Shown: positions 25,757 through 39,485 of the stretch, piece by piece
Numbering within the stretch: position 1 is the stretch's first letter
Layout: each line of letters opens with the position of its first letter
Source: Eledone cirrhosa
Taxonomy: Eukaryota
DNA: 64,000 nt
Assembly (NCBI GenBank): GCA_964016885.1
Contig: OZ024758.1
Coordinates: 30,442,001 to 30,506,000 of the forward strand
Direction: 5' to 3'
Program-made: the position numbers and the translations under genes
Notes under the pieces: model-generated
The model's input: the letters and a program-made list of their open reading frames with translations, nothing else
The model's database searches: none
Told to the model about the DNA's origin: nothing

Positions 25757-28165
25757 GGGAGTTCCTAAAAAATAACTTACTAAAGGCAACGGATGAGATC
25801 TGTGGCTGGAGTAAGACCACAGGCAGGAGGAGGTGGCTTGGTGGTGGAACAATAAGGTAGAGAAGGCCAAGAGACAGGCATGGAAAGAATGGAAGAACAA
25901 GGGTAGCAGGGTACATTACATAGAGACCAGGAGAGAAGCTAGGCAACAAGTATACTTAGCTAAAAGGGAAGCGGAGGATAGAAAATTCAAGCATGTTTTG
26001 CAGCATGAGGACCAGAAACAGGTGTTCAAGATTGCAAAGCAGTGTGTCAGAGAGAATTATGATGTCATTGGAGAGAAGTGTATCTGGAATGATAAAGGTT
26101 AGCTTGCCCTCACAAGTGCTGAGAAGAAAGATGCATGGAAGAGCCATTATGAAAGATTGCTAAATGAGGAGAATGCATGGGAAGAAGAGACCTTAACCCA
26201 AGTAGACCCTATAGAGGGGCCAGCAGTACAAGTCAACAGCAGCGTAGTAAGTAAGGCAATCAAAGATATGAAGATGGGGAAGGCAACCAGTCTAGCTGCT
26301 GAGATGCTGAAGGCATCTGGGTCTGTAGGTCACACCATAACCACACGTATTGTTAACCAGGTAATACTAGGTATCATACCAAAGGATTGGTGCAGCAGCA
26401 TCATTGTCAACTGCTACAAGGGTAAAGGTGATGCACTAGATAGAGGAAACTATAGAGGTATAAAGCTGATGGACCAGGTCATGAAAGTAACAGAAAGAGT
26501 TATAGCACAGTTGATTAGGGACCGGGTGAAACTAGATGAGATGCAATTTGGGTTTGTGCCAGGAAGAGGCACCACTGATGCCCTCTTCCTTGTGAGGCAG
26601 TTACAGGAAAAGTACCTAGCTAAAAGTAAGCCACTCTACCTGGCATTCGTCGATCTCGAGAAAGCCTTTGACAGAATTCCCTGTGCTGTAATCTGGTGGG
26701 CTCTTAGATGAATGGCTTGTGAAAGCTGTACAAGCCATGTATGGGGCAGCAGTCAGCAAAGTTAGGATTAGCAATGAGTATAGCGAGGAATTTAGCATAC
26801 AGGTCGGTATTCACCAGGGCTATGTTCTTAGCCCTCTCCTGTTCATCATAGTCCTGCAGGCAATAACGGAGGAGTTTAAGACCGGATGCCCATGGGAACT
26901 CCTGTATGCTGATGACCTTGCACTTATAGCTGAATCTATGGTAGAACTAGAGAAGAAATTCCAAACTTGGAAGCAGGGACTAGAAAGAAAGGGTCTCAAA
27001 GTCAACCTGACAAAGACTAAGGTCCTTGTAAGTAGTCGAGAAAACAGAACCCAGATCCCTTCAGAGAAATAGCCTTGCTCAGTATGTAGGAAAGGTGTAG
27101 GTAGGAACTCCATTCTCTGCCCCAAATGCAAACAATGGGTACACAAGAGATGTAGTGGGATCTCAGGAAGCTTAACTAAGAATGTAGGCTTCACATGTAG
27201 CAGCCGTGCTGGGACAGCAAACAGAAAACAGCCACAGGAAACAAGTACCACCAAACTCTGGGAGGGCTCTGTAGAAACAGTAGACAGCTTCTGCTACCTA
27301 GGTGACCGAATTAGCAGTGGAGGTGGGTGTTCAGAAAGTACAATAACTAGGGTAAGAATGGGATGGAAGAAGTTCAGGGAACTACTACCACTGCTAGCTG
27401 CAAAAGGCTTCTCCCTCAAAATGAAAGGCAGACTGTATGATGCGTGTATCCGAACAGCAATGTTACATGGTAGTTAGACCTGGGCGCTGTCTGTGGAAGA
27501 CTTGCATAGATTAGAAAGAAACGAAGCCTGCATGCTCCAATGGATGTGTAATAGTAATATACATGAACGGCAAAGCATAAATGAATTGGGAGAGAGAGAC
27601 TGAGCATAAGAGGGTGTGCAGGAGAGGATGTTGCATTGGTATGGACATGTGATGCGTATGAAGGATGACAGCTGCATAAAAAGGTGCAGAGCACTAGAAG
27701 ACGGTGGAAACCGCGGAGTGGGGAGACCCAGGAAGACCTGGGATGAGGTGATAAAAGCCAACCTTACCCAATTACACCTCTCAAAGGTGATGACACACGA
27801 CCGTGACCTCGGCGTCACGCAGTAATACAGAAGACCCGACCCCCCATGGGTACAAGCCGAAGCTGAAGCATATAGACAATATGCCCCCACCCTCTCTCAC
27901 TGCAAAGTGGTCGTGGGAGTGCCACGGCAAAAAAGCACCCAGTTCACACTGTAAAGTGGACATGTAGGTGCCACGGCAAAAAAGCATTCAGCCCACACTG
28001 TAAATGAGGTTTGTTTAGGAAGGGCATCCAGCTGTAGAAATCAAGTCAGAATCAGTTCCCTTATGAGCATGACATGGTCAGCCGACCAGCTACTGCCCAC
28101 AACAGGACAACCCGTCTAACCCATGCTAGTGTGGAAGAATGGACGTAAAAAGGTGATGATGATAG
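25755..28165 (+). mobile_element. 5'-truncated, stop-interrupted RTE LINE: RT, Cys-rich PHD-like insert, 3' UTR with VNTR units and tail
   Basis: Motifs NYRGIKL, QFGFVPGRGTTDA, AFVDLEKAFD, HQG.VLSPLLF, LLYADD, C..CRKGVG.NSI.C..C..WVHKRC and WYGHVMR. Confidence 0.95.
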
Positions 28166-28589
28166 TAAAATAAAAAAATACATAATATTTATTTATACAT
28201 AGTATATATTATATTATTTATTATATATAAATTAATGATTTTATTTATTATATATTATTTACAGTTTACGTATAAGCAGGTCTCTGGAAATAGGGTTGGG
28301 AGGCACTGAGGGTATTATGTGGCCCCAAAAATTTGAGAATCTCTGGTGTAGAGTATCATTATCGTTTTTATGTTGACTTTTCCATGATGGGCAGGACATT
28401 TTGAGATAATGTTTTATAGCTAGATGCTCTTCCTATTACCAACCCTTTTAGTAGCTTCTTACAACATGCAAGAATATGTACAATTTACCCATACTGAACC
28501 AGATATATTGTTATCACTTAAATATATTGTTATCACTTAAACTTTTCATACAATTTTCGTAAATATTTATTTTGTTTCTTCCCTTTCAG

Positions 28590-28735
28590 GTCAGTTTGAA
28601 ATCAACCTTGACAAGCGTAAACTTCGAACACCTCTTGGTAATATATTTATTGTTCCCAATGAAAGCCTAGCTTTAGCTGTTGCTACTGAATGGAATGGAC
28701 AAAAGGATATTATCAAACGAAATAAAATGCATTTG
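28590..28735 (+). CDS. ATPAF2: ATPAF2 exon 3 (GQFEINLDKRKLRTPLGNIFIVPNESLALAVATEWNGQKDIIKRNKMHL)
   Basis: Acceptor tttcttccctttcag| and donor |gtatgt; strong similarity to the ATP12 core. Confidence 0.96.
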
Positions 28736-29309
28736 GTATGTCTTCTGTTTGTCATCTTCAGTATATTGTTTTGTGAGTTTTAGTGTCTTTTATGGATTCT
28801 TTTGTGTGTGTGAGAGGTGTGTAGTGAATATGAAGTTTAACCCTTTAACATTTACATTGATTTACATTTACTATTGTATTGTCACATTGTGATGACCAGT
28901 TTGAACAGAAAGAGGCGAGACAATTCTGGCCAGATACGGCCAGTTTAAATGCTAAAGGATTAAAGAATTGGAATTGAGTAACTTATGGGATCTGGAGAAG
29001 AGATAGGCTCAACTAGGTTTTAAAATGCCCTAGAAATACTGTATGTCAATATGGTGCTTCTACGGCTCCCTCACGAGTTACATTATTGGAAAATATTAAA
29101 GGGAATACTATAGAAAGATGAATCTTGGAATAAAAGATTATGTGAAGATTTTAGTACAGGGTTTTAGGGAGAGAAATATTGGATAAAAGATAAGAATGAG
29201 TGTGCTGAAAGCAATAGGTAAGTTTTGAGTAGAAGTAAGGAGCAATAGGTAACAAATTTTGATATCTGCTTTTCTATGATGGTACTTTCTGAGGCAGTGT
29301 TCTTTGTTT

Positions 29310-29705
29310 TAGTCTTAGAATCTTTTGCGCCTTTTGGCGCATCAAGCAATATGTAAGCACCAACAATCATAATCAGTGGCGGCTTTTTCGCATCCATGCC
29401 AAAGTGATGTTGACTGCCATCATGTCTTTGTGGAACGTTCGTCACCAGGTGATCCTGGGGCTGCCCCGCTTCCATTTGCTGCCATTTTTTAGTGTTCTTC
29501 ATTGGGGAGGCGCAAATGGCACTGGTGCTCCGTGACCACCCTCTGCAGCGTCCATGACTCGTTTCGCACTCAGTCACACCAAGACACACGAAGAATCGTT
29601 TGCAGGCACTGCTGGTGGGATGTGTTCAGCCATTTCTCTGTCCTTCCGTGCTCTTCCTGGTTTCGCTCGCGTAAAGCACTGCCGGCAGCACGGGTGCAAC
29701 TTGAT
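29310..29705 (-). mobile_element. Old RTE-type LINE 3' fragment
   Basis: Reverse frame VLPAVLYASET..., followed by a GR.PR.TW-like remnant. Confidence 0.6.
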
Positions 29706-30559
29706 CCTGGTGCTTATGCATGAAGAATTCTATGGCTGGATATCCTTCCTGGTGTCAACCTTTTTAGTTGCCTCTTGCGACATGGAAGGATAGAGTGTAC
29801 TTATTCTAAAACCCAGAGTACACATAGATAAGAATGTAATAGAAGAAAGAAAAAGAGGTTATTATACATCAATGGACCAGAAATTTGATATTTAAATATG
29901 TCATAAATGAAATGTAGAATGTGGGTTATTAAAAATAGCTACGCCACTATGATATGAAAGCATTATCCTGCTGAGGTTAGCTTTGCCTTTCATTCGTAAG
30001 AGGTCGAGAAAAATAAAGTACCAGTAATGTACTGGGGACAATTTAATCTTAATATGTTTATAGTAAAAATCATTATTTTGTAGTGATATATATTTGAACT
30101 TTGTCAGAAGTCAATATCTAGGGTTAAGTGAAATATATCTTGGCTCTGAATGGATAGCATATACAGCTCTGATACTATGGATATGTGGTTAGAATGTCTC
30201 AGGAAAGAATCGCTGGACAGATTTTACAGACAAAACCAACCGGCAAGAGACCCAGGGGTGGCCCTGAGCAAGATAGTTGGATAACATCCATGAGCTTGGT
30301 TGGTCATGCTTGGTGATTTAGCCGGATCAGTTGGAGACAGTTGCTTCTGACAGGACCTTCTGGAAGGAGTGTTTGAGGAGTCTGCTCCCACAACCCTCTC
30401 AGGAATAAGTGGGCGAAGAAGAAGTTCTTGCAGTGTTAAGATAGCATCTTCTAGCAGCATTTGCTGGAGATTATAGTGTCCTATGAATGTGTATGATGAT
30501 GCCTGATGCTTTATATATGATATTTTATATATTCCATGTCTTCTCTTATTGTATTATAG

Positions 30560-30657
30560 ACTATGCTATGTAATACAGCCATAGACAACCCATTACAACG
30601 TACTAAAGTAGATCTGATCCGTTCAATTCTACATTACTTGGAAACAGATACACTTTG
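30560..30657 (+). CDS. ATPAF2: ATPAF2 exon 4 (TMLCNTAIDNPLQRTKVDLIRSILHYLETDTLC)
   Basis: Acceptor tag| and donor |gtaagc; LCNT.IDNP and TDT.C motifs. Confidence 0.95.
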
Positions 30658-30749
30658 GTAAGCAGCACTGTGTTATGTTTCATTCATCTTATTACATCAC
30701 ATGGAAGCTGATGGTCTATTAGGTTAGGCACTTAATATTCAAGTATTCA

Positions 30750-31400
30750 CGATCATCATCATCATTTAATGTACATTTTTCCACACTAGTATGGGTTAGA
30801 CAAGTCCTGGTGTGAGAAATGCCATGCCTTGCTCATACAGAACTGTGTTTTGCTTGGTTTCTACAGTTGGATGCCCTTCCTAATGCCAACCACATTTACA
30901 GTGTGTACTGGGTGCTTTTTGTCGTGACACCTACACAACCACTTTACAGTGTCTACTGGGTGTTTTTTGTCGTGACACCTACACGACCACTTTACAGTAT
31001 TGGCTGGTGTTTTTTGTCGGGGCACCTACAGAACCACTTTACAGTGTGTACTGGGTGCTTTTTGTCGTGACACCTACACAACCATTTTACAGTGTGGACT
31101 GGGTGTTTTTTGTCATGGCACCTACACAACCACTTTACAGTGTGTACTGGGTGCTTTTTGTCGTGACACCTACACAACCATTTTACAGTGTGGACTGGGT
31201 GTTTTTTGTCATGGCACCTACATGACCACTTTACAGTATTGGCTGGGTGTTTTTTGTTGTGACACCCACACAACCATTTTATAGTGTGAACTGGGTGCTT
31301 TTTGTTGTGACACACAACCATTTTACAGTGTGAACTGGGTGCTTTTTGTTGTGACACCTACATGACCACTTTACTGAGTGTGCTGGGTGTTTTTTGTCGC
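30750..31400 (-). repeat. RTE 3' end with expanded 48-bp VNTR
   Basis: Tail, box and about 10 VNTR units. Confidence 0.85.
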
Positions 31401-31419
31401 TTTTTGTATTATATATTAT

Positions 31420-31612
31420 TAATTGTTTCTACTTTAGGCACAAGGCCAGCAATTACCCAGTGCATTACTGGTACTTTATTTTATCGACCCCGTAAGGATG
31501 AAAGGCAAAGTCAACCTCGGCGGGATTTGAACTCAGATCGTAAAGGGACGTAACTATGCTGGAAAGCATGGCGTCCGACCCTCTACCGATACTGCCAATC
31601 CACCGCCCTTTA
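31420..31612 (-). mobile_element. tRNA-headed SINE with a Nin/Deu-like domain; other copies at ~29970, 37297-37410, 51220-51352 and 54365-54492
   Basis: GCCTTTCATCCTTACGGGGTCGATAAA core. TSDs are visible at the 37.3-kb copy (ATTATTTACCTTCAATT) and the 51.2-kb copy (TTTGTCTTAAT). Confidence 0.75.
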
Positions 31613-31796
31613 TATATTATTAATGATTGAAAATTTTGGTGGAATGGTTGTATAGTGAGAATTGTGTGTAATTGTTTAGCCTCAGGTTAGTCTTAATCAA
31701 ACAGAACTTTGATTAAAGGCATTTCAGCCATGACTATCCTGTCTTTGTTTTAGTGGTGACATAATCAGCAGAAAAAATGTGTTGCAATAACATAGT

Positions 31797-32600
31797 AGCC
31801 ACATTTAAGTGGAGTGTAATGGGAGACTGTTTCCTCTGTTAGCAACAAAGGGCTGCCACATTTAAGTGGAGTGTAATGGGAGACTGTTACCTCTGTTAGC
31901 AACAAAGGGCTGCCACATTTAAGTGGAGTGTAATGGGAGACTGTTACCTCTGTTAGCAACAAAGGGCTGCCACATTTAAGTGGAGTGTAATGGGAGACTG
32001 TTACCTCTGTTAGCAACAAAGGGCTGCCACATTTAAGTGGAGTGTAATGGGAGACTGTTACCTCTGTTAGCAACAAAGGGCTGCCACATTTAAAGTGGAG
32101 TGTAATGGGAGACGGTTACTTCTGTTAGCAACAAAGGGCTGCCACATTTAAGGTGGAGTGTAATGGGAGACTGTTACCTCTGTTAACAAAGGGCTGCCAC
32201 ATTTAAGGTGGAGTGTAATGGGAGACGGTTACTTCTGTTAGCAACAAAGGGCTGCCACATTTAAGGTGGAGTGTAATGGGAGACTGTTACCTCTGTTAGC
32301 AACAAAGGGCTGCCACATTTAAGGTGGAGTGTAATGGGAGACGGTTACTTCTGTTAGCAACAAAGGGCTGCCACATTTAAGGTGGAGTGTAATGGGAGAC
32401 TGTTACCTCTGTTAGCAACAAAGGACTGCCACATTTAAGTGGAGTGTAATGGGAGACGGTTACCTCTGTTAGCAACAAAGGGCTGCCACATTTAAGTGGA
32501 GTGTAATGAGAGACTGTTACCTCTGTTAGCAACAAAGGGCTGCCACATTTAAGTGGAGTGTAATGGGAGACGGTTACCTCTGTTAGCAACAAAGGGCTTC
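31797..32600. repeat. 57-bp minisatellite, ~14 copies
   Basis: Unit GCCACATTTAAGTGGAGTGTAATGGGAGACTGTTACCTCTGTTAGCAACAAAGGGCT. Confidence 0.95.
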
Positions 32601-33486
32601 TCTTTTTGAATGAAAGACAGAATGTATAATGCTTGTGGGAAAAGTGTGATATTTAATAGTGATACACAGGTAGAACCTCACCTGTGCATTTGATAGAACA
32701 TAAGACCATACATAAACGAGACACAGACCCCCCCCCCTACTGCCTGTCAGTAACCTCACTTCAGTACTGACTTGGTCTATGTAGACCTGTCCAACCCTTG
32801 TTAGCAGGGAAAGGTGATGTTAAATGATGATGATGGTGGTGGCAGCTTTGTAGTAGAATACTTACCCAAAATACTGCACAGTGGGATCCAACCTAAAACC
32901 ACATTGTGCAAAGTGAACTTCTTTACCACATGGCCATGCCAATATTATTTTGAAACCATTTTGTTGGTTTGAGAGAAGATAAGGGTGGAGGTGTGTGTGT
33001 GTGAACTTGTCTTCAACACCACCTTTCTTTATTTCCTTCTTCCAGTCACTACTGTGTACCAGCACACTTCTTGTCCTCCCCCTCTTTCGATCTTTTCTAT
33101 ATTCCATCTGCCTGTCACCCACCTTGTGGATTGTTTCCCTGTTGACCACTGACTGCTGGTCTTGTCCTCGGAGGCATGTTTGCCCATTGCTGCTTTTGAC
33201 AGCATTTAGCGGTGCTAATGGCTGCTCTAGTGATAAGTTTTCTCATTTCTATATCTATTCAAATACAACCTTGCTTCATCTCAGAGACAACATTGTTTTG
33301 ATATATTATTTTAAACTGCATCAGTAACAATAAAAGCTATAAATTCATCATTTATTTAGTATAGAATTAAAAATGAAACTATAAATAGCTATGTAAAGCT
33401 ATCTTTCATTGGGTGTATTTTTGTTTTATATTGTTTATTAATCAAATGAAGGTGCATGGCTTAGTGGTTAGAGAATTAGATTTGCA

Positions 33487-34497
33487 ATCATGTGAACTTC
33501 TCTATGCTGATGATCTGGTTCTTATAGCAGAATCAGTAGAGGAGCTAGAGAAGAAATTCTGGCTATGGGAACAGCAGTTGGAATCAAGAGGACTGAGAGT
33601 GAACCTAGCGAATACAAAAGTGTTGATGAGTAGAAAAGAGGACAAAACTCTGATTCCATCAGAGAAATGGCCATGTTCGATATGTAGGAAAGTAACTGGC
33701 ATAAATTCTATAAAATGTGCACAATGCAAATCTTGGATACAGAAGAGATGTAGTGGGATAGCAGGCAAACTAACAGGTAGGGAAAACTACGGGTGCAGTA
33801 GATGTACAGGGAAGTTAGACAGTAGAAGTCGCATTGATAGACACATTTTTCAAATGCAGGTGGGTTCTATAGAAGTGGTTGATAGCTTCCGGTACCTAGG
33901 TGATCAGATTAGCATGGGAGGGGGGTGTTCTGAGGCCATAGTATCGAGAATAAGGACGGGTTGGAAGAAGTTTAGGGAGCTGCTTCCTCTGTTGACAAAG
34001 AAGGGTTTCTCCCTGCATACGAAAGGCCGATTATATGATGCCTGTATGAGATGCGTGATGCTGCATGGTAGTGAGACATAGGTAGCAACTGTGGAGGATA
34101 TGCGATGGCTGGAGAGAAATGAAGCACGTATGCTTCGTTGGATGTGCAATGTAAATGTGCGTGAATAACCAAACATAGACGAGTTGAGAAAGAAACTGTG
34201 TATAAGAGGGATAAGTTGTGGTGTGCAGAAGAGTAGACTGCAATGGTGTGGACGTGATGCGCATGGAGGATGACCGCTGGGTAAAGAAGTGCCAAGAAAT
34301 CCCAGTAGAAGGAAGACGCAGTAGAGGAAGACCATGAAAAATATGGGCAGAGGTAGTGACAGCTGACCTCAGATCACTGAAACTCACGGAGGAGATGATG
34401 AAGGACTGACAAGTGGAGAGATGTTGTGCTGAATAGGACCCGTCCCACCCTTGCAAGCAGGGAAAAGCGGACGTAAAATGATGAATATAATGATGAT
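33487..34497 (+). mobile_element. RTE LINE 3' half (from LLYADD) with PHD-like insert and tail
   Basis: ORF 33413-34081 and downstream broken frames; fused directly to a SINE head at ~33450-33490. Confidence 0.92.
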
Positions 34498-35112
34498 GAG
34501 GAGGTTGCAAGTTCGATTTCTGGTCCAGGCGATGTATTATGTTCTTGAGCAAGACACTTTATTTCATGTTGCCCCTTCTCCCAGGAGTTGCGACCGGTAG
34601 ATAGTATTAGCAATAGAAAAACCAATAGAAACATTGTTTCCTTGATTTGATTTGACGAGTTGCACCTTACTCAGCAAGCGAATGAGGTCTGGGAACTTGT
34701 TGATTGATTTAATCAATCAATCTAGAATATAAGAATATTTCTATATCTATATATAGATTTCTGCGATTCTGTCACAACACGTAAAGAGAGAGGAGTAGTT
34801 TGACTACCTCATACTACTCCTCTCTCTTTACATGTGCTGCCTGCGTGAATGTATGTGTGTGTAAAGGAAGGAAGGAGATGGTGAAAAAATGTATGTGTAT
34901 TTGTGTGACATATGTTGTGAGTGTGTATTTTTGTAAGCGTGTCTGTGTTTGCACGTTTAATTTATATAATTATACATATAAATGTATGCATATGCACATA
35001 CACACACGCACACACATATACACATATGTGTCAGCGTATGGAAGAAATTCTAGTATATTTATAAATACTGAGTCTACATCTTATTGATGAGTTTCACCCT
35101 TTTGGTTTCCAG

Positions 35113-35193
35113 CTATCGAATGTCTGACCCTGAAGAGTTATTGGAAATACAGAAACAGAAGTGGGATCCAGTTATTGAATGGTTTACAAATCA
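35113..35193 (+). CDS. ATPAF2: ATPAF2 exon 5 (YRMSDPEELLEIQKQKWDPVIEWFTNQ)
   Basis: Acceptor tttccag| and donor |gtaagt; Q...WDP.IEW motif. Confidence 0.95.
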
Positions 35194-35204
35194 GTAAGTT
35201 CCTT

Positions 35205-35875
35205 ATCAGCATCATATGTTTCTTTTCCACGCTAGCATGTTTAGGATGGGCTGACCCTTTGGGAGAGATCAGGTCAGAGGGCCATGTTTCACTCACTCAT
35301 GGTTGATTTTGGCTTGGTTTCTACAGCTGGATGCTCTTCCTAACGCCAACCTCATTTACAGTGTGTGCTGTGTGCTTTTTGTCATGTCACCTACATGACC
35401 ACTTTACAGTGAGGACTGGGCGCTTTTTGTCATGTCACCTACACAACCACTTTACAGTATTGGCTGCATGTTTTTTGTCATGTCACCTACATGACCACTT
35501 TACAGTGTGGACTGGGCACTTTTTGTCGTGACACCTACACAACCACTTTACAGTGTGGCTGGGTACTTTTTGTTGTGACACCTACACAACCACTTTACAG
35601 TATGGACTGGGTGCTTTTTGTCATGACACCTACACAACCACTTTACAATGTTGACTGGGCACTTTTTGTCATGACACCTACACAACCACTTTACAATGTT
35701 GACTGGGCACTTTTTGTCATGACACCTACACAACCACTTTACAATGTTGACTGGGCACTTTTTGTCATGACACCTACACAACCACTTTACAATGTTGACT
35801 GGGCACTTTTTGTCGTGACACCTACATAACCACTTTACAGCGTGGACTGGGCACTTTTTGTTGTGACACCTTACA
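35205..35875 (-). repeat. RTE 3' end with expanded 48-bp VNTR (~11 units)
   Basis: Same unit, box and tail as the other arrays. Confidence 0.85.
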
Positions 35876-36010
35876 AACAGACACGACAATCGGAAAGTCA
35901 CATTGGTAAAATGTCAATCACTTTGCTGATGAGTTCATATTCTGGCACTGATCTCTCATACTTCATACATTGAATATATATATCCACACCATGTTTATAT
36001 GACAACATAA

Positions 36011-36222
36011 TACAGAGTGTATAAAAAAAAACATCCGATTTAAAAAAGCTATATTTCTTAACCAAATGACCATATAATCTTGCAGTAACTTGTACAATAC
36101 ACGTCTGAATATAAAGTTTTATTCTTTTATATAACTTTTATAAATTTTTATAAAGTTATTTACAATTTTTACATGTCTTTCTGTCTTTTGAAATCGGATG
36201 ATTCATTTTGATACAACCTGTA
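36011..36222. mobile_element. Tc1/mariner-type MITE
   Basis: Degenerate TIRs TA-CAGAGTGTAT..CATCCGATTT and AAATCGGATG..ATACAACCTG-TA. Confidence 0.6.
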
Positions 36223-37604
36223 TATGAAAAAATAAGAACTTTTGACCTGTTAGTTACATTAGGAAGGGGGAAAATGGTGAAGGATGAGGGCTCTTAACTT
36301 CTGATGGAGTCGTAGAGGTACTTACCTGACACAACATGTCTTGAGTATTTAAAACCTAGTGAAGCGTCTGCCTGCTCCTGATACCATGTAACCCAGTGCA
36401 ACCTGCTTCTTGTTTGAGTGGTCAGCAGCTAAACCAGCTCCCCCATTAGATCCTGGTCTGGTGAGGAGGGTAAGTGGAATCGCAGCAGCACAAAAAAAGG
36501 AGCTGTTAAAAGGGTGGATGAAATCCTCAAAGTCAACAGCCATCCACCCCAACAATAGGTAAAAGAGCCTCACCAACCTACAATTGACCAAATGGTGAGT
36601 ACGGCTACAACCCTGACATGACCAAAGCCAAAGAGCAAGTGATGTAGGTCAACCAGGTTGGGTTCCTCCAACAGGAGTGAGAAGGTCCAGGATTAGATTA
36701 GAGCTCAACCCCCTCCAGGTCTGAACATTAAGTGGAAAAAGATAAAGCTTCCTTGCATAAAGTGTGAACATAAAATTAGTCTAAAAGCTGAATTGATGAG
36801 ACTACAGAAATTGCATAAATGTAGCCATTTACAGGCTTTTAAAATATTTTACGTTCAGTTTTATAATATAATTTGTGGAATGTTTTTCTTTAATATAATT
36901 ACTATTACAGCGGGGTGTTATTCCTTCCACTAAGCACTCAACTAAAAAGTAATAGAAATACAAGTTGTTGTCAAGTCAAATAAATTTAGATAAACAGGAG
37001 TTATCTACCTTGTTTAGTTAATACAATTGGAATGATCAAATGAGGTTTATTTTTCAAAATAGTCTCTGGAAAGAAACAATGCAGTTATTAATAAGAAGAG
37101 TTGAAATTAATGCATGCAAGGTTTCACAGCTCTAGCATCACTCCTTCATAGTCAGCCTATGAACATTTCAGCTGACCCTCATAGCTTGATCAAACTAATA
37201 GAATATTAAATAGATGAGAGGCATGTAGTTTGTTAGCTTGCAGTTCTGAGGTCAACTCTTTATAGATTTGGAGAAATCATTCATTATTTACCTTCAATTC
37301 AAATCCCGCCGAGGTTAACTTTGCCTTTCATCCTTACGGGGTCGATAAAATAAAGTACCAGTAATACACTGGGTAATTGCTGGCCTTGTGCCTAAAGTAG
37401 AAACAATTATTTACCTTCAATTGTTTTAAACCTATCTTATCAATAGATCTCAACTCTATTAGATTACTAACTGTGTAAAAAACCATCAGAGTATCTCAAT
37501 TATTTTAAATCTATCTTATCAATAAATCTAGACTGTGTTAGATAACTATCATCATCATTGTTTAACGTCCATTTTCCATGCTAGCATGGGTTGGACGGTA
37601 TCTG

Positions 37605-37880
37605 TGTAATATACCAACAGATGTTTTAAAGCTACCTTATCAATAAATCTAGACTATGTTACGTTACTATGTTTATAATATACCAACAGATGTTTTAAAG
37701 CTACCTTATCAATAGATCTAGACTATGTTACGTTACTATGTTTATAATATACCAACAGATGTTTTAAAGCTACCTTATCAATAGATCTGGACTATGTTAT
37801 GTTACTATGTTTATAATATACCAACGGAGTACCTCAATTGTTTTAAACCTACCTTATCAATAGATCTAGACTCTACATTA
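37605..37880. repeat. 69-bp tandem repeat, ~4 copies
   Basis: AATATACCAAC recurs at 37608, 37677, 37746 and 37815. Confidence 0.85.
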
Positions 37881-38686
37881 ACTAACTGTATGTATCATCA
37901 TTTGGTGACCATCTTATCTCACCATGTTTTCGTTTCTATTTGTTACCCTTGTATATCTGGAGCTGACATGTGTTGCTAGTTACTTGCTTATTTATTTTTA
38001 CTACCGAAAACCAAGAGTTAAGTAGCATTTTCAGTAATACTTGTATTAAAGAAAAGTTACTGTTAAAATACTGTTTGTGTATGTGTTTATATTATCTACA
38101 GTCACACTCCTATTTAAACTATGTTAACCCATTAATTCTCAAATGATTTAGGAGAAAAGATTTTAAAACTGATTTGTCAACTCAAATGTTAGTATCTTTA
38201 CTGGTGAGCAGATCATTGTGGACATTTGTAATATTAAATTAAAATACTGTTTTGTACTTTTCAAAAATATTTTGCTTATGCAGTTAGCATTAAAATCTTT
38301 ACTTCAGTTTACTATAGATTTTTGCAAACGTTTGTCCACTAGTAAACATTCTATATTTACATTATTCTATATTTATTTTGTAATTTTCACAGTAAAGGTT
38401 TTATCTCACATAATTATTTCACCTAATATTGAATCTATGAGATTTTGATATTATTTATTTTGAGAACAAACCTTAACATCAGTATGAGGGGTCGGTTGTG
38501 GCCAGTTTTAACAAAAAGAGGTGAAAGAATTCTGGCTGGATATGGCCGGGTTAAATGCTAAAGGGATAAACATTTGAAATGACAAACCTATTTTTAATAT
38601 TTTCTGCTAAACTTCAGTATAAAGATGTTAAGAGGTGTAAATGTGTAAGATGCTGATATAATCCTGACATTGTTTCTTTTCTGTAG

Positions 38687-38799
38687 GTATAATGTACCTA
38701 TTGAGACAACCACAACTTTTGCATTGCCTTACATCTCTGACGTAACAGTAAATGGAATGTATTCACAATTGAATTCATACTCCATGTGGGCATTAACTG
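38687..38799 (+). CDS. ATPAF2: ATPAF2 exon 6 (YNVPIETTTTFALPYISDVTVNGMYSQLNSYSMWALT)
   Basis: Acceptor tttcttttctgtag| and donor |gtaaat; frame-compatible; SY..WAL motif. Confidence 0.92.
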
Positions 38800-38825
38800 G
38801 TAAATATTTCTGTTCATGTTTGAAT

Positions 38826-39485
38826 TTCATCATCATCATCATTGTTTAACATCTATCTTCCATGCTAACATGGGTAGGATGGGCTGTCTCTTTGTGAGGG
38901 ATCAGGTCAAGGGACTAATTTGCTCTCACAAGACTTTTCTACAGCTGGATGCCCTTCCTAACGCCAACCACATTTACAGTGTGGACTGGGTGCTTTTTGT
39001 TGTGACACCTACATGACCACTTTACCGTGTGGACTGGGTACTTTTTGTCGTGACACCTACATGACCACTTTACCGTGTGGACTGGGTGCTTTTTGTCGTG
39101 ATACCTACACGACCACTTTACCGTGTGGACTGGGTGCTTTTTGTCATGACACCTACACGACCACTTTACCGTGTGGACTGGGTGCTTTTTGTCGTGACAC
39201 CTACATGACCACTTTACAGTGAGGACTGGGTGCTTTTTGTCGTGACACCTACATGACCACTTTACAGTGAGGACTGGGTGCTTTTTGTCGTGACACCTAC
39301 ATGACCACTTTACCGTGTGGACTGGGTGCTTTTTGTCGTGACACCTACATGACCAGTTTACAGTGAGGACTGGGTGCTTTTTGTCGTGACACCTACATGA
39401 CCAGTTTACAGTGAGGACTGGGTGCTTTTTGTCATGACATCTACATGACCACTTTAGTGTGGGCTGGGTGCTTTTGTTGTGGCTT
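38826..39485 (-). repeat. RTE 3' end with expanded 48-bp VNTR (~10 units)
   Basis: Same unit, box and tail as the other arrays. Confidence 0.85.
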
